From Eledone cirrhosa (lineage: Eukaryota), in NCBI GenBank assembly GCA_964016885.1, contig OZ024740.1, forward strand, positions 352,408,001-352,472,000: DNA of 64,000 nt, read 5' to 3'. Positions 13,651 through 27,456 of this stretch are shown piece by piece. Made by a program: the position numbers and the translations under genes. The notes under the pieces were generated by a model. It worked only from the letters and a program-made list of their open reading frames with translations, ran no database searches and was not told where the DNA came from. The number at the start of each line of letters is the position of its first letter. The stretch's first letter is position 1.

Positions 13651-13697
13651 AACCAACTCAAATCTATCGTTATTTACGTGCCAGAAATATTGTCTCG
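13651..13697 (+). CDS. SUZ12: SUZ12 coding exon 2 (47 nt)
   Basis: Acceptor tttttgcag, encodes (K)PTQIYRYLRARNIVS, donor GTAAGT at 13698. In phase with exon 1. Confidence 0.95.
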
Positions 13698-14449
13698 GTA
13701 AGTATTCGTTTTGTATACTGGCCACAAATTTCAACTTTAATAACTTTATTCATGTAGAACTTATTAAGTAACGATATTAATGTAGGTCTTGAGAGGAAAC
13801 TTACATCAGATCTAGCTGATTGGTTATTGTAATGTGGTCTGCTCTATTTTATCTTTTCCTATCATTGGTATTATGAGTGGTTTGCATTCCATTAACTACC
13901 TTCTTCATTTTAAAACATTCTGGGTGTTGGATATTAATCTATGTAAACGTGTGCAAATTGTTGGAAAACTTCTTTCAGTTTATCAGTGTAAATACATATA
14001 GTTAGAACATTAGTACAGAGTTGTGAATATTTATATACATGTATGCATATATATATATAAATATATATACACACATGCATACACCCGCCGTTTTCAAGTG
14101 TCATTTGTTGGGCGGGTGCAGAATATGGCCAGCCGGGCGGTACTGGTGTTCTGTGACCACCCTCTGTAGCATCCACAACTCGATTCGCAGGATTTCCTCA
14201 TTTCGCACTCTGTCACACAAGGCACCGCTGGTGGAAGGCCTTCATCCGTCTCTCTGTCTTTGCAGTGCTCTTCCAGGTTTCGCACGATGCATTTGTACAG
14301 GCACAGCTTGATACTGGTGCTGATGCATGAACAACACTAAAAAACGATGATGAACTGGACTCCTCTTGGCGGTAAACTTAAGTGGGGTTGCCACAGTATC
14401 ACCTGGCGACAAACGTTCTCAAAAGACCTGATAATAATAATAATAATAA

Positions 14450-15055
14450 TAATGAAATTATTATGTACAGTGCTCAGGTGCACTACAACTCACCAAAGGT
14501 GCATGTATAGTACATAGAATAATATAGATTCCACAGGCCATTTTCTATGTTTTGCAAGCATATGTTGTTACTGATGACACTTTACCATCCTGAAAAAAAA
14601 CAAAAGGAGATATTGGACACATTTGATGATAATGAAATGAAAATTATTGTGTACAGTGCTCGGGTGCACTACAACTCATCAAAGGTTCATGTATATTACA
14701 AAAAATAATGTACAAATGTCAGGGTAGTGAATAGTGTATGAGTCATGATATACATGTGTGCGTGTGTATGGAGGGGGAATATTAGGTATAGTGTTGGTGA
14801 ATCTCAGGAAGCATGGAGGTTTTAAAGGATGCAGTGTCTCGACAGCTAATAACTAATGCAGGGAGTTTGTTCAGCAACTCTGAGCATGAAAAAAATGTTT
14901 CCGAAAGTCATGGGAGCTGTGCTGTTTTCTGACTTTGTTGGCATGCCCATGTGTGTTAGACACGTGGAAATCAAAAAGGTACTCAGGGTTGTTGTTGGCA
15001 AGATGGTTAATAATTTTGTGGGTGTTTACCAAGTCAGTTGCCAGACCTCGGATGG
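14450..15055 (-). mobile_element. CR1-group LINE 3' end fragment with duplicated tail
   Basis: Minus strand reads LATDLVNTHKIINHL...HGHANKVRKQHSSHDFRKHFF. The tail gaaattattrtgtacagtgctc..gcactacaactc occurs twice (about 14455 and 14640). Confidence 0.65.
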
Positions 15056-15259
15056 GTACTTTTTTTTACCGACTTTGAGAAGATGGAAGCATGGTTGTTC
15101 TTGGTAGGATTTCAGCGCAGAGAGCCAGAATGAATACTGCAAAGCATTCTGACGTCCTAATGCTGCCCCATGAGTCAAATATTGCAGTCAATTCAATTGA
15201 CTACATATCTCTCTCAAAATGTGTGAATTTTATGTAGAAATTGAAATCACATTATGTCA

Positions 15260-15513
15260 TCTATATATATAAAAACGAAAATGTCTGCCTGCCAGTGTGT
15301 CTGTATGCAGGATATGCGTTTCCACAGTTTCCATTTTGTTCAAATTTGATACATAGGTTATTTAGCTCCCGGAGCATGTCAACATATAGGTTAAATCTTG
15401 CTCTGCCCTAAAATAGCTATTCTGGGGCTATTTAAAGATGGCCATGTTTAGGAGAGTGGGAAGGGGTGGTCTTTATTTACAGTGGCGAATGGTGTGCCCG
15501 GCCACAATGCTAG
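15260..15513 (+). mobile_element. Non-autonomous Helitron-like element
   Basis: 5' a|TCTATATATATAAAA, subterminal GTGGC..GCCAC hairpin, 3' CTAG|t. Confidence 0.6.
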
Positions 15514-16080
15514 TATCTAATAAAACTGCAATTAACTGGCATCTTCCTTGATAGATTTGTAATATTCATTGCTTTTAGCAACGAGGTTACACTTTTAGAT
15601 GCTTTTGTAGCAGACTTCTAACCTGTTCATGATTAACATGCCAGCTTTCTAGAGAGGATATCCTTTAGCAAGTGTCCAATGCATTAGTGCTTATATTTTG
15701 CCTAATATAGTTGAACAGTGAAATATACTCATCTATGAAAACTAGGTTCCTGCAATACTGTATTCATTGTGTGTTTTTTCTAGATATTTTATGGCTCCAA
15801 ACCCCAGCTTAAAAATGAAAAAGTTATCTTGCTAAATCCCTCCAAATTCTTGATTATTTTCAAAATTATTTGAAACTCATAGGAAATGCCTTTCATTAGA
15901 AATATGGTAACAAAAGAGTGTTAATCTTGTTAAATATATTTTGATTGTCCCATGTATAGATATATAACTTTATGAAGATGGTAGCTGCTATCTATACACT
16001 AATCTCTTCATTCATTCACAAGTCTTGTCTTGGTGATGGTGGCTGAAAGGTATTTAAAATTATTTGACAGCAAGTATTGT

Positions 16081-16276
16081 TTAACCCTTTAGCATTTAAA
16101 CTGGCCATATCCGGCCAGAATTCTCTCACCTCCCTGTTCAATCTGGCTGTAACCGGCCACTTATACCAACGTTAAGGTATTGTTCTCAAAATAATATCAA
16201 AATCTCATAGATTCGATATTATGTGAGATAAATCCTTTACTACAAATATAGAATAATGTAAATGCTAAAGGGTTGA
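16081..16276. mobile_element. piggyBac-type MITE (~200 bp family)
   Basis: TTAA-CCCTTTAGCATTTA...TAAATGCTAAAGGG-TTGA: TIRs with CCC termini and a TTAA-type target site. Confidence 0.8.
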
Positions 16277-19116
16277 ATATTTGAAATTGTGCCACACGAT
16301 TCTAACCATTTTTGAAGGAGGTGTATAGTTAATTGATTTGATCCCAATATCATTGGCAATTATTTTATGATGCCAGAGAGATGAAAATGAAGTTAACCTC
16401 TGCATTTTGAACTTTGCTTAGTTCAGTTCTAGGTAAACTCATTTTTGAAAGCAGCCTATCCAGAATACTCTTTCTTTTTTAAGGTATAAATGTAACAGAT
16501 ATATTAAGTTCTAGGGATAAAACAATTCATGGACAATTTTTAAATAATTAAGATTTAATATGTAACCAACATTATAATTAATGCTCATCATAAACACAAT
16601 TATTGTATAGTTAGTTCTTCCATAACTTATATTTCCAATAAGTAAATTGTCTATGTCTGAATTCATTTTCAATACTATCAAAATTGTTGGAGTGGTTTAG
16701 TAAAGTATTTATGATTTAATATATTGGATCATTAACACTTTAGCATTTACATTACTTTATATTTACTGTTGTATTTTCACAGTAAAGGCTTTATCTTACA
16801 TAATTATCTCACATAATATCCAATCTGAGATTTTGATATTATTTATTTTAAGAACAATAACTTAACATCAGTATGAGTGGCTTGGTTTAAACAGAAAGAG
16901 GTGAGAGAATTCTGGCCAGATACCACCGGTTGGTGTTGGTGTTGACCAACTGAAATCTGACAATATCATTCATTATTTAATAATGATTTGATCAGGATTT
17001 TAATTTAAATATGAATACTGGTAGTCTCAGGCTCGTGGATTAAAAAAAGCATTTTTACCCAGTTTTTTTAGCATATCAATTGAATATAAGAAGCTAACAT
17101 TGGTGGTTACCCCCAATAGGGCAGAATGGCTTCAAATTGAGTTGATTTGATATTTGAGACTTCTGGGAGAATTTGGCTAAGTGCTTTGGGCAGGTTTGGT
17201 AGAACAATTGGCATTCCATTCAGAATATGGTTCCACATTGAAAATACTTTGTTGGAACCAGCTATCTACTTCCTTACATTGTACTTACTTTTTTATAGTT
17301 TCAGTTGTAGTCTATTATTGGCAGTTGAAGAGCTCACTTTTAATTGTTGTCTAAAAGGAGACAATATAATTCACATTGCAGCATTTTATAAATATCTTCA
17401 GTACTAAAATAGTACAGCATATTTATTTTATTGTCTGAAAATACTACTTTGAGGGACTTGCTAAAACTCAGAGTAGCAACCCAGTCAATTTTTAATTTTT
17501 CAATCTTTGTGCATGTATACATTCATCAATTCTGTGAAATAGAATTAATTTAATTTTTTTACGTATTTCCTTGTTTTCTTATAAGGAATAAAGAGCTGTT
17601 AAATGTTTGCAAATTCCGTTTAAGTTTTTCTCAGTCAATTTTATATTGGTGTCTTAAAAAACAAATATGCACTCAGCCCACTCTGTAAATTGGTAGTGCT
17701 TGTGCTATGATAAAATGCACCCAGTTCACTGAAAAGTGTTAGTGCCACGAGAAAAGTACCCAGTCTACCCTGCAAGGTAGTAGTGGTAATATTAATTAGA
17801 AAACAAACCTGGTACATGCTGTGAAGTGGTTGGCATTAGAAATGGCATCCAGCCATAGACATCATGCCAAAATGGAACGTCTAAGCAAGACAGTCGTCTG
17901 ACCTACCTGTCTAGCCACAGAGCGTGACAACCTGTCTAACTTATGCAAGCATAGAAAATAGACATAAACCATTAATAATATAGTATTCAATTTTTGTGGA
18001 TTTTAAGACTGATATGTTAGAAATAAGTTAACAATTTAATCGCTTAACTCTAATGACAATGTTGGTTATATTACTAAATCCCAAATACTTGATAATTTTC
18101 AAAATTATTTGAAAATTTTAAGCAGTGTCTTTCATTAGAAATATAACAAAAGGGTTAAGAACAGAGGAGCCATTATTGGAAATTAATCATAAGTTTATTC
18201 TGTAGAATAAATTGAATTAGAATATGTTTCTGTATATCATCATCATCTTCGTTTAACGTCCATTTTCCACGCTAGCATGGGTTAGACGGTATGTGGAGGA
18301 GAAACTTTTTACTTAATTTGAGCTAGCATTCTTCAGCTTCAAGAACATTTTCTCAGCTGCTACATAAATCCTGAAATCATTCTGGTTAGAATTAATACAC
18401 ATTGATTATATAGTAATAACACCTTGTGGCTCTTTGATATTGTCTAGAAACTTCTTGGTTATGGTCAGTTAGCACATTGGGTTATTATTTACACATTACT
18501 CTATATATACTATTATATTTTCATGGTAAAGGATTTCCCACTATCAGCATCTTTCAATTCATTCCTTTCCTATTGTTCAGTTATATTGCAGTATTATCTC
18601 ACATAATATCAAATCTATGAGATTTTAAGAACAATACCTTAACATCAATATGAGTGGCCTATTTGAACAGAAAGACACGAGAGAATTATGGCCAGATGTG
18701 GCCAGTTTAAACTGGCTACATCTGGCCAGTTTAAACGTTAAAGGGTTAAAGATTTATATATCTTGGGTAAGATAACTTGGTAGATGTGAACAAGCTAAAA
18801 TAATACTCATCAATATGAGTGATGCTGCTGTTTACAACAGTAAGTTATTTCTCTGCTTCACATTACTTATTTACATGTTAATGGTGTTGGGTGATTTAAA
18901 AGTAGTTTTGACCATCTACATACTTTTCTGGTCATATGAATGTTAAAAATGTTGCTTATATGTAATAGGGCTCTTTTCAACAGTTCTTAGCACCATTTCC
19001 ATCCATCAGTCTTTATATGTTGCAAGGAGTAGGTCAGGAGATCTTTGCATGGTATGGAAAGTTGCCATTATATACAACTGACAGAATCAGTTGTGTACCA
19101 CCAGACAAAATTTTAT

Positions 19117-19332
19117 TTAACCCTTTAGTATTTACATTACTTTACATATACTGTTGTATTTTTGTGGTAAAGGCTTTATCTCACATAATATCGATTCTAT
19201 GAGATTTTGATATTATCTATTTTGAGGACAATACCTTGATATCGGTAGGAGTGTTCAGTTACGGCTGGTTTGAACAGAAAGATGTTAGAGAATTCTGGCC
19301 GGATACGGCCGGTTTAAATGATAAGGGGTTAA
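19117..19332. mobile_element. piggyBac-type MITE
   Basis: TTAA-CCCTTTAG...AAGGGG-TTAA. Same internal sequence as the 16081 copy in the opposite orientation. Confidence 0.8.
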
Positions 19333-20344
19333 TTAAATTCTTAGTTCAAATCATTTGCTTTCCACTTGTCTAGGGTTCATAATAAAATGTACCAGTAATA
19401 TATTGGTTGATTAACCCTTTTGATAACAACACATCCAAAACCACTCTGGTTCTATAGGGTATTTTTAATTTTTAATTTACTCACTTCAATCAAGGCCATG
19501 AAGTCACTAAAATGTAAGGGGGTATTGAGAAGGGAAAACGACAAGACGGAGAGAACATAAATAAAGGAGAGAGAAGATGGTGATTACAAGAAATTGACAG
19601 CATTTGAGTTACTACTACCACTATTGTTATTTCTACCATCTTTATCACCACTACCATCACAGGCATCATAATGTTTGCAGTTATTACCATTGTGTCTGGT
19701 TTTCTGCACTAAAATGAATTGTATAGCTTTTTTTGTTTATTTACTGTTAGGTGTCATTTTCTTGTGGTGATTGGTTGTTTATAAAGCCAGCATCATGATA
19801 AGCTTCTTGGATATAAGTTAACTTTACTTAATTTATATAGTTTTATATTGGAGCAATATATCTTGTATAGCATATAACATCATCATTTTGTGTACTTTCC
19901 ATGTTAGTATCAGTTCGATGGGTTCTTACACTCCAAGACAAGGCGAACCAGATAACTGCCTTGTTCAAACAGTCCATATTTTTGCATGGTTTCTATGGCT
20001 GGATGCCTATCTTAGTGCCAATCACTTTACAGTGTACACTAGGTGCATTTTATCATGCGGCTAGCACTTCACAGAATGTACTTGGTATATTTTATCATGT
20101 CACCAACGCTAGAGAGGTTCTCAAGTCCCCAACAAAACCAAGGGGACCTCTCTATCCTACATTGTCTTGATTTATTTGCCAAACATTTAACAGGGGTACT
20201 GTGTGCATTCCATCACGACACTGACAATTTAAAATTAATTCCTTGTTTTAGGTCAGTTTTTAGTAATAGTTAAAACATTCTTCTCAGAACATTTCTTTGA
20301 ATATGGATGTAGAAGCATTCATATTTTTATATTCCTTGTGAATA

Positions 20345-20378
<34 letters not shown>

Positions 20379-20638
20379 GAGAGAGAGATAACATATTAAA
20401 GCCCTTTTTTTTTCGTTATGGGGTTATATTAGGCTATTTTCTATAGTCAATGTACGGTGAAAGCTTCTAATTCTATTTTCAAAATTAAATGGTAAATTAT
20501 ATTGGCAGTGCAGTCCCTATTTTTTTTTTATTGTGGAATACTTCATAGAACACTGTTTTAAAAGCATTCATTATTTTGAGTTATGTTAAGATATGGAATG
20601 TATATATCAAGGGCAATACTTTTGTGGCATGTTTTTTT

Positions 20639-20851
20639 TTAACCCTTTAGCATTCAAACCGACTGTATCCGGCCAGGATTTTCTCACCTCTTTCTGTTCA
20701 AACTGGCTTTAACTTGCCATTCATAGTGATGTTAAGGTATTATTCTCAAAATAAATATCAAAATCTCATAGATTTGATATTATGTGAGATAAAGCCTTTA
20801 CCATGAAAATACAAAAGTAAATATAGAGTAATATAAATGCTAAAGGGTTAA
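20639..20851. mobile_element. piggyBac-type MITE
   Basis: TTAA-CCCTTTAGCATT...AATGCTAAAGGG-TTAA. Confidence 0.85.
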
Positions 20852-21721
20852 ACTTGTAACTAGAGTTAGTATTTTTCATGAAGTTTACAATGTAGAAGAA
20901 AATAGTTGTTTCTAAGTGCGAAAAGAAAAGGTGAATAAATGTGGTGTGACCTGAAGGGTTAATCATGCTTTAGCATGCTATATTGATGGTTTGATATCTT
21001 ATGAGATATTTAACCTGTAAATATTGTTAATGAACCAGTTTAATTAACACCAGTTTGTTTGTTTTTAGTTATTCTTGTACACACATATAACCCATGCTAG
21101 CATGGGAGATAGATGTTAAATGACGACGAGGATGACGATGATTATATATATATCCTCATCATTTCATCATTTCTACAGCTGAGTAAACTGGAGCAATGTG
21201 AAATAAAGTGTCTTGTTCAAGGAAACAACACATCGCCCAGTCTGAGAATTGAACTCACAACCTTTCGATTGCAAGGCCAATGCTCTAACGACTAAGCCAT
21301 AGGCCTCCTATATATAAATATATATATATATACACAAATATAAATTTAGCAAGAATCGCATTTCGGCGGGTAGAAATTAGCGAAACGCAACTTCCGTATT
21401 GTGCAGACAAGCGCTCCATGGATATGAAGAAGATACCAGAGCTATAAACATAAGTTAAAATGGTCATACACGCTGAGACGATGGTTAAGAAGCCATTAAC
21501 CACCTTATCCAAAAAAGCGGACAAGCTAAACGGGTCAAACAAAATGAGAATACACACGCGCGCGCGCACACACACACACAAATTTAATATAGAAATGGCT
21601 TCTACAGGACTAGAACTGTTTTATTCAAAGGAAATCATCATATATTAAATCTGTTGTATACACTCTACTAATTTGAGCACCTTACTTACTGTAGTTATCC
21701 CTGGTTGAACCCGGGACTTGC

Positions 21722-21758
<37 letters not shown>

Positions 21759-21830
21759 TACACTGACAAAATCTTTCAGACAATCAATATTTATCTGAAA
21801 TAAATGTGACAGAAAGAGCCACAGAACTCT

Positions 21831-21863
<33 letters not shown>

Positions 21864-22011
21864 CAAAGTCGGTATCCATTAAAGATTTAGCTTGTTGGAC
21901 TTAAGCAGTGAGGACTTTTTATAATCAGTAGTATCTATTATGATTAAAGACTGTTGCTTATTGACTATATAATATAAATATCTCTTTTGTTATTTCAATA
22001 CAAATGTTATT

Positions 22012-23588
22012 CATCATCATCATCATCATCATCAACGTTTAACGTCCGTGTTCCACGCTTGCATGGGTTTGGACGGGGGTAGTCCCACTTGAGGCAAGAG
22101 TGATTGTCTTGCTCGCATAGGACTGTCTGGCAGGTTTTCTACAGTTGGATGCCCTTCCTAACACCAACCACATTTACAGTGTGGGTCTGGGAGGTTTTTA
22201 CCGTGTTGCCTACACGGCCACATTACAGCGTGGACTGTGTGTTTTTTTGTCGTGACACCTACACGATCTCATTTGTTTCGGCCTGGATGGCGCGGCACCA
22301 ACATAACTTTACATAGAATGGGGTGGTGTGGATGGGGTGGGGGTGGTGGGACGGGGGTGTATTTTGTTAGAGATGCCTACTGGCTGGAGTAGGTTTTACT
22401 ATATATTTAGGTAAGGCGGGTCTTCTCTGTTACTGAGTACCGCCAAAGGTCTCGGTCCAGTGACATTGTCTTGGAGAGGTGTAAGTGTGTGATGTCGGAG
22501 TTTATCAGCTCGTCCCAGGTTTTTATAGGTCTGCCTATTCCGTGACTACCGTCTATCTTTATTGCCCTGCACTTTGTTATACAGCTATCGACTTTCATGC
22601 GCATCACGTGTCCATACCAACGTAGCCTTCTCTCGAGTAAACAACATCTGATCCCTCTTATCTCTAATTTTTTCCTTAGTTCGTTTATGCTTTGCCGTTC
22701 ACGTATATTACTGTTACACATCCAGCGGAGCATGCAAGCTTCGTTCCTCTCTAGTCTGCGTATATCCTCTGCACACAATGCCCAGGTCTCACTGCCATGC
22801 AACATTGCTGTTCGTATGCAGGCATCGTACAACCTGCCTTTCATTTTTAGGGAGAACCCTTTAGCAGCTAATAGTGGTATAAGCTCTCTGAACTTTTTCC
22901 AACCAGTTCTGACTCTAGCTACAGTACTTTCAGAGCACCCTCCCCCACTGCTGATTTTATCGCCCAGGTAACGGAAGCTGTCCACTATTTCTATAGAACC
23001 CTCTGCGCAATTGAAAGAGCTAGTATTTTGTGGGCACTTGCTGCTACTTATTGCACCAGAACACCGGCCACATGTAAAATCTATGTTCTTAGTTAGCTTA
23101 CCTGTGATCCCACTACATCTTTTATGCACCCATACTTTGCATTTAGGACATAAAATGGAGTTTCTACCTACGCCTTTCCTACACACCGAGCACGACCATT
23201 TCCCAGAAGGGACCGCCGCCTTGTTTTCTTTCCTACAAACTAGAACTTTGGTCTTAGCCAGGTTAATTTTAAGTCCTTTTGACTCTAGGCCGTGCTTCCA
23301 TGTTTGGAATCTCTTCTCTAGCTCGGCCATTGATTCCGCTATGAGTGTCAGGTCGTCTGCGTATAGGAGTTCCCATGGGCAGCCTGTCTTGAACTCCTCT
23401 GTTATAGTCTGAAGGGCAATAATAAATAGTAGGGGCTGAGAACAGAGCCCTGATGGACTCCAACTTTTACGCTAAACTCTTCACTATATTCGTTGTTAAT
23501 TCTAACCTTGCTGACTGTTTCTTTATACATGGCTTGTATAGCCCTCACAAGCCATTCGTCAACGCCTAGTTTTCTAAGAGCCCACCAT
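22012..23588 (-). mobile_element. 5'-truncated RTE-clade LINE (RT C-half, PHD-like finger, 3' UTR, (GAT)n tail)
   Basis: ORF 22407-23330 plus upstream GVHQGSVLSP and WELLYADD. Contains CSVC..CPKC..HKRC..CGRC finger and RRLRWYGHVMRM, and ends in a (CAT)n run on the + strand. Confidence 0.9.
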
Positions 23589-25400
23589 GCATAACATTAT
23601 TAAGGCATATTTGGTAATCAATGTGACACATTTACTGTGCTTACTTAGAATTGACATGAACTCACTCAGCAGCATTTTCTACATACATTCCCCTTTTCTT
23701 GTTTTTATGCCTGTTAGTCCATTCTTGCATAGGTTGTAATGTTCTGCCAATTCATTTCCATGGTTTTATAATATACTTCATTCATCTTTGTTTTGTTTTA
23801 AATTCATAGTATGTATGTTTAAGATGTGTGTTAGGCTAATGTTTTGGTTTAGACTCAGGATAGTAGAGCTTAAATGTCTCCTAAAATCTGATTTCAAAAA
23901 TATTTGAAAATCATAAGCAGTGTTTTTCATTAGAAATATAGTGCCAACAAGTGTCTTATTTCTGGATGTGTACATCATCATCATCGTTTAACGTCCATTT
24001 TCCATGCTAACATGGGTAGGGCTGGCTGACCTTTTGGGAGAGGTCAGGTCAGAGGACGGTATTTTGGGGTGAGTGGGGAGGGTGAAAGTCGATTATATCG
24101 AACCAGTCCTTATCTGGTACTTTATTTAGCCCAGGAAAGATGACAAAATTCGCCTTGGTGGGATTTGTACTCAGAGAGTAAAAAATTGAAACAAATACTG
24201 CAACAAATTTTGTCTGCTCTAACAATGCTGCCATTAATAATAAGGATTTTAACTTTAGCCATTATTAATAGTTTCTAACAGAAGCACAAGGTCAGCACTT
24301 TGAAGTAGAGGAAAGTTGATTTAACTTGACAGGTAATTTTTATTTTATCGACTCCTGAAAGATGAAAGGCAAAGTTGATCCTAGTGGGATTTGAACTCAG
24401 AACGTAAAAGGCTGTAACTACATGTTGCAAAGCATATTGTCTGATGCTGTACTGATACTGCCAATCCAATAATAATAATAATAAAAATAGTAAAAACAAA
24501 GCATTAAGCTACAGTCATTTAAACAGAAGACCATCTTCGTTAACTCCATCTATCTGGGAAGTTTAGCATTGGCTAGGAGCACTACCTCATTTTATCAAAC
24601 CTCCCTTTCTCCTAGCAGTCTCAGAGACCCTAGAAAAGGTTATAGGCACTGCTCTCTTTTGATGATTACATCATAAAAACGTGCACTAGCAATTAATTGG
24701 TAACATTAACAATAGTTCACATTTAACCTCTCCCCACACACATGTACTTGATTTCCACATGAGTAAATATATTTTCTCTTCTTACCTAATCTGAAAGTTG
24801 TAGTGAGTACTAGAATTTCAAAAATTGTTGCAACAATTGTAACTGATGAACATAGCAGTGCATTTTTACAATCCACTTAGTATTATGCAAGTTGAGATTT
24901 TAGAGTAGTAGATTAGTGCTTAAGTGATTAATAAGAGAATGATGATGCAGTAGAAATACACACACACTTACATACAGAACATTTAATTCTACATTTTGTT
25001 AGGTGATGTCATTAGTTTTTATTAATGGCTTAGCAAAATCATCTCTGTTTGGTATATAACTTTCATTTTTATTTTTGTCTTAGCAGATTAGTTGCTAAGT
25101 TGCTGACTTTTTCTTTTCATATCTTCTATTGTTAATTACATTGCTCTCTAAGCTTCAGTAACTTGATTTATGATAAATCCATTGGCTATGATTCTATTAT
25201 TTACTTTGCAAATATTTTTTTTCTTTGTTGTCATTTCTTCTTTAAGTCATAGTACTACTAGTCAACTCTGTTTGAGTGGACCTATGTCATGGAGGTAACT
25301 ATTCATGTGCCTAGAAGCAGCCTTATTAATTATTAATGTCCCTTCATGTTCTTTGCTTTTGATCTCCTTGAAGTCATTAAAATAAGTATTCAGTAATATT

Positions 25401-26720
25401 GATCTAACGCTCATAGCCGAATCAATGGCTGAACTAGAGAAGAAATTCCAAACAAGGAAGCATGGCCTAGAATCAAAAGGCCTTAAAGTTAACTTGTCTA
25501 AGACTAAAGTCCTAATATGTAGGAAGGAGAATAGGGTACTGGTCCCATCTGGGAAATGGCCATGCTCAGTGTGTAGGAAAGGAGTAGGCAGAAACTCCAT
25601 TTTATGTCCCAAATGCAAAGTATAAAAGATGTAGTGGGATCACAGGTAAGCTAACTAAGAATATAGATTTTATATGTGGCCAGTGATCTGGTGCAATAAG
25701 TAGCAGTAAATGCCCACAGAATACTAGCTCATTCCATTGCACAGATGGTTCTATAGAAATAGTGGACACCTTCCGTTACCTAGGTGACAAAATCAGCAGT
25801 GGTGGAGGGTGCTCCAAAAGTACTGTAGCTAGAGTCCGAACAGGATGGAAAAGGTTCAGAAAGCTTATACCAATATTGGCCGCTGAAGGTTTCTCTCTAA
25901 AAATAAAAGGCAGGCTGTATGATGCCTGCATACGAACAGCAATGTTACATGGCAGTGAGTCATGGGCCTTGGGTGCAGAGGATCTACGCAGACTGGAGAG
26001 GAACGAAGCTTGCATGCTCCGTTGGATGTGTAATAGTAATATACGCGATCGGCAAAGCATAAATGAACTAAATCAGAAATTAGGAATAAGAGGGATCAGA
26101 TGCTGTTTACTCGAGAGAAGACTACATTGGTATGGTCTCGTGATGCGCATGAAAGACGACAGCTGTATAAAAAAGTGCAGGGCGATCAAAATAGACGGTA
26201 GCTACGGAGTAGGCAGACCCAGAAAAACCTGGGAAGACTTGTTAAATCCGACCCCACACACTTACACCTCTCCAAGACAATGTCACTGGACCGAGCTCTT
26301 TGACACTACGTAGTAATACAGAAGACCCACCTTGCCTAAGTACAAAGCGAAACCTACAGTCAGTAGGCACCTCTTAACCAAAATACACCCCGTCCCACTA
26401 ACCTTACCCCCACCACCATCTACACCACCCCTTTCGATGTAAAGCTATGTTGGTACCACAACATCCAGTCCTAAATAAATGAGGTTGTGTAGGTGTCACG
26501 ACAAAAAAACACACAGTCCACGCTGTAATGTGACCGTGTAGGTAACACGGTAAAAACTTCCCAGTCCACACTGTAAATGTGGTTGGTGTTAGGAAGGGCA
26601 TCCAGCTGTAGAAAACCCGCAAGACAGCCAATCTTGCCTCAAGTGGGACAATTCCCGTCCAGACCCATGCTAGCGTGGAAAATGGACGTTAAATGATGAT
26701 GATGATGATGATGATGATGA
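25401..26720 (+). mobile_element. 5'-truncated RTE-clade LINE, same family, opposite orientation
   Basis: ORFs 25425-25625 and 25762-26313 are nearly identical in protein to 22407-23330. (GAT)n tail at about 26693-26720. Confidence 0.9.
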
Positions 26721-27042
26721 TTGGAGTTGATTTAAAAGGCCATAACCATTTTCTTCAAATTTGTGACCATTAGTACTGTTTTGTCAAAGAAGATTAGGTT
26801 TTTTTGGTTCACCTGCAACTCACTTTTGGCAATAATAACTTCCATTTTCTTCTTGGCTGCCATTTAACTGCAATTATGTTTGATAGGCTAAAAGCAATGT
26901 TTTCTGCAGGAATATATAGAAGACTTGCAAATGAGAAGTGTCAACTCATCTCAACTAAGGTTTAGGGCTCCAAACATGTGATTAATATTTTAAGTGTCTG
27001 ACTTTGTTGAATAGATCATGCAACAGTATAGCACCTCCTTCC

Positions 27043-27265
27043 TTAACTCTTTAGCAGTTACATTACTCTATATTTACTATTGTATTTTCACGGTAAACAT
27101 TTTATCTCACATAATTATCTCATATAATATCGAATCTACGAGATTTTGATATTTATTTTGAGAACAATTTCTTAACATCAGTATGAGTGGCGATTATGGC
27201 CGGTTTGAACAGAAAGGTGGGAGAATTCTGGCTGGATATGGCTGGTTTAAATGCTAAAGGGTTAA
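27043..27265. mobile_element. piggyBac-type MITE just upstream of SUZ12 exon 3
   Basis: TTAA-CTCTTTAGCAGTTA...TAAATGCTAAAGGG-TTAA. Confidence 0.8.
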
Positions 27266-27357
27266 TATATGTTTCAATTTTCTGTCCTTGGAGAGACTTT
27301 TATTATTGCTTCTTTTTTCTTTTCTTTAATTTTGTTTTCTATTTTTATTCTTTTTAG

Positions 27358-27422
27358 CCAATATTTCTCCATCGGAACCTTCACTATATGAAACACAGAC
27401 GATCTATTAGTAGTAACAGAAG
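27358..27422 (+). CDS. SUZ12: SUZ12 coding exon 3 (65 nt)
   Basis: Long polypyrimidine tract ending ttttag, encodes PIFLHRNLHYMKHRRSISSNR (compare vertebrate PIFLHRTLTYMSHR), donor GTAAAA at 27423 (phase 2). Confidence 0.95.
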
Positions 27423-27456
27423 GTAAAAGCTTTTTTTTATATTTTATTTTTATAAT

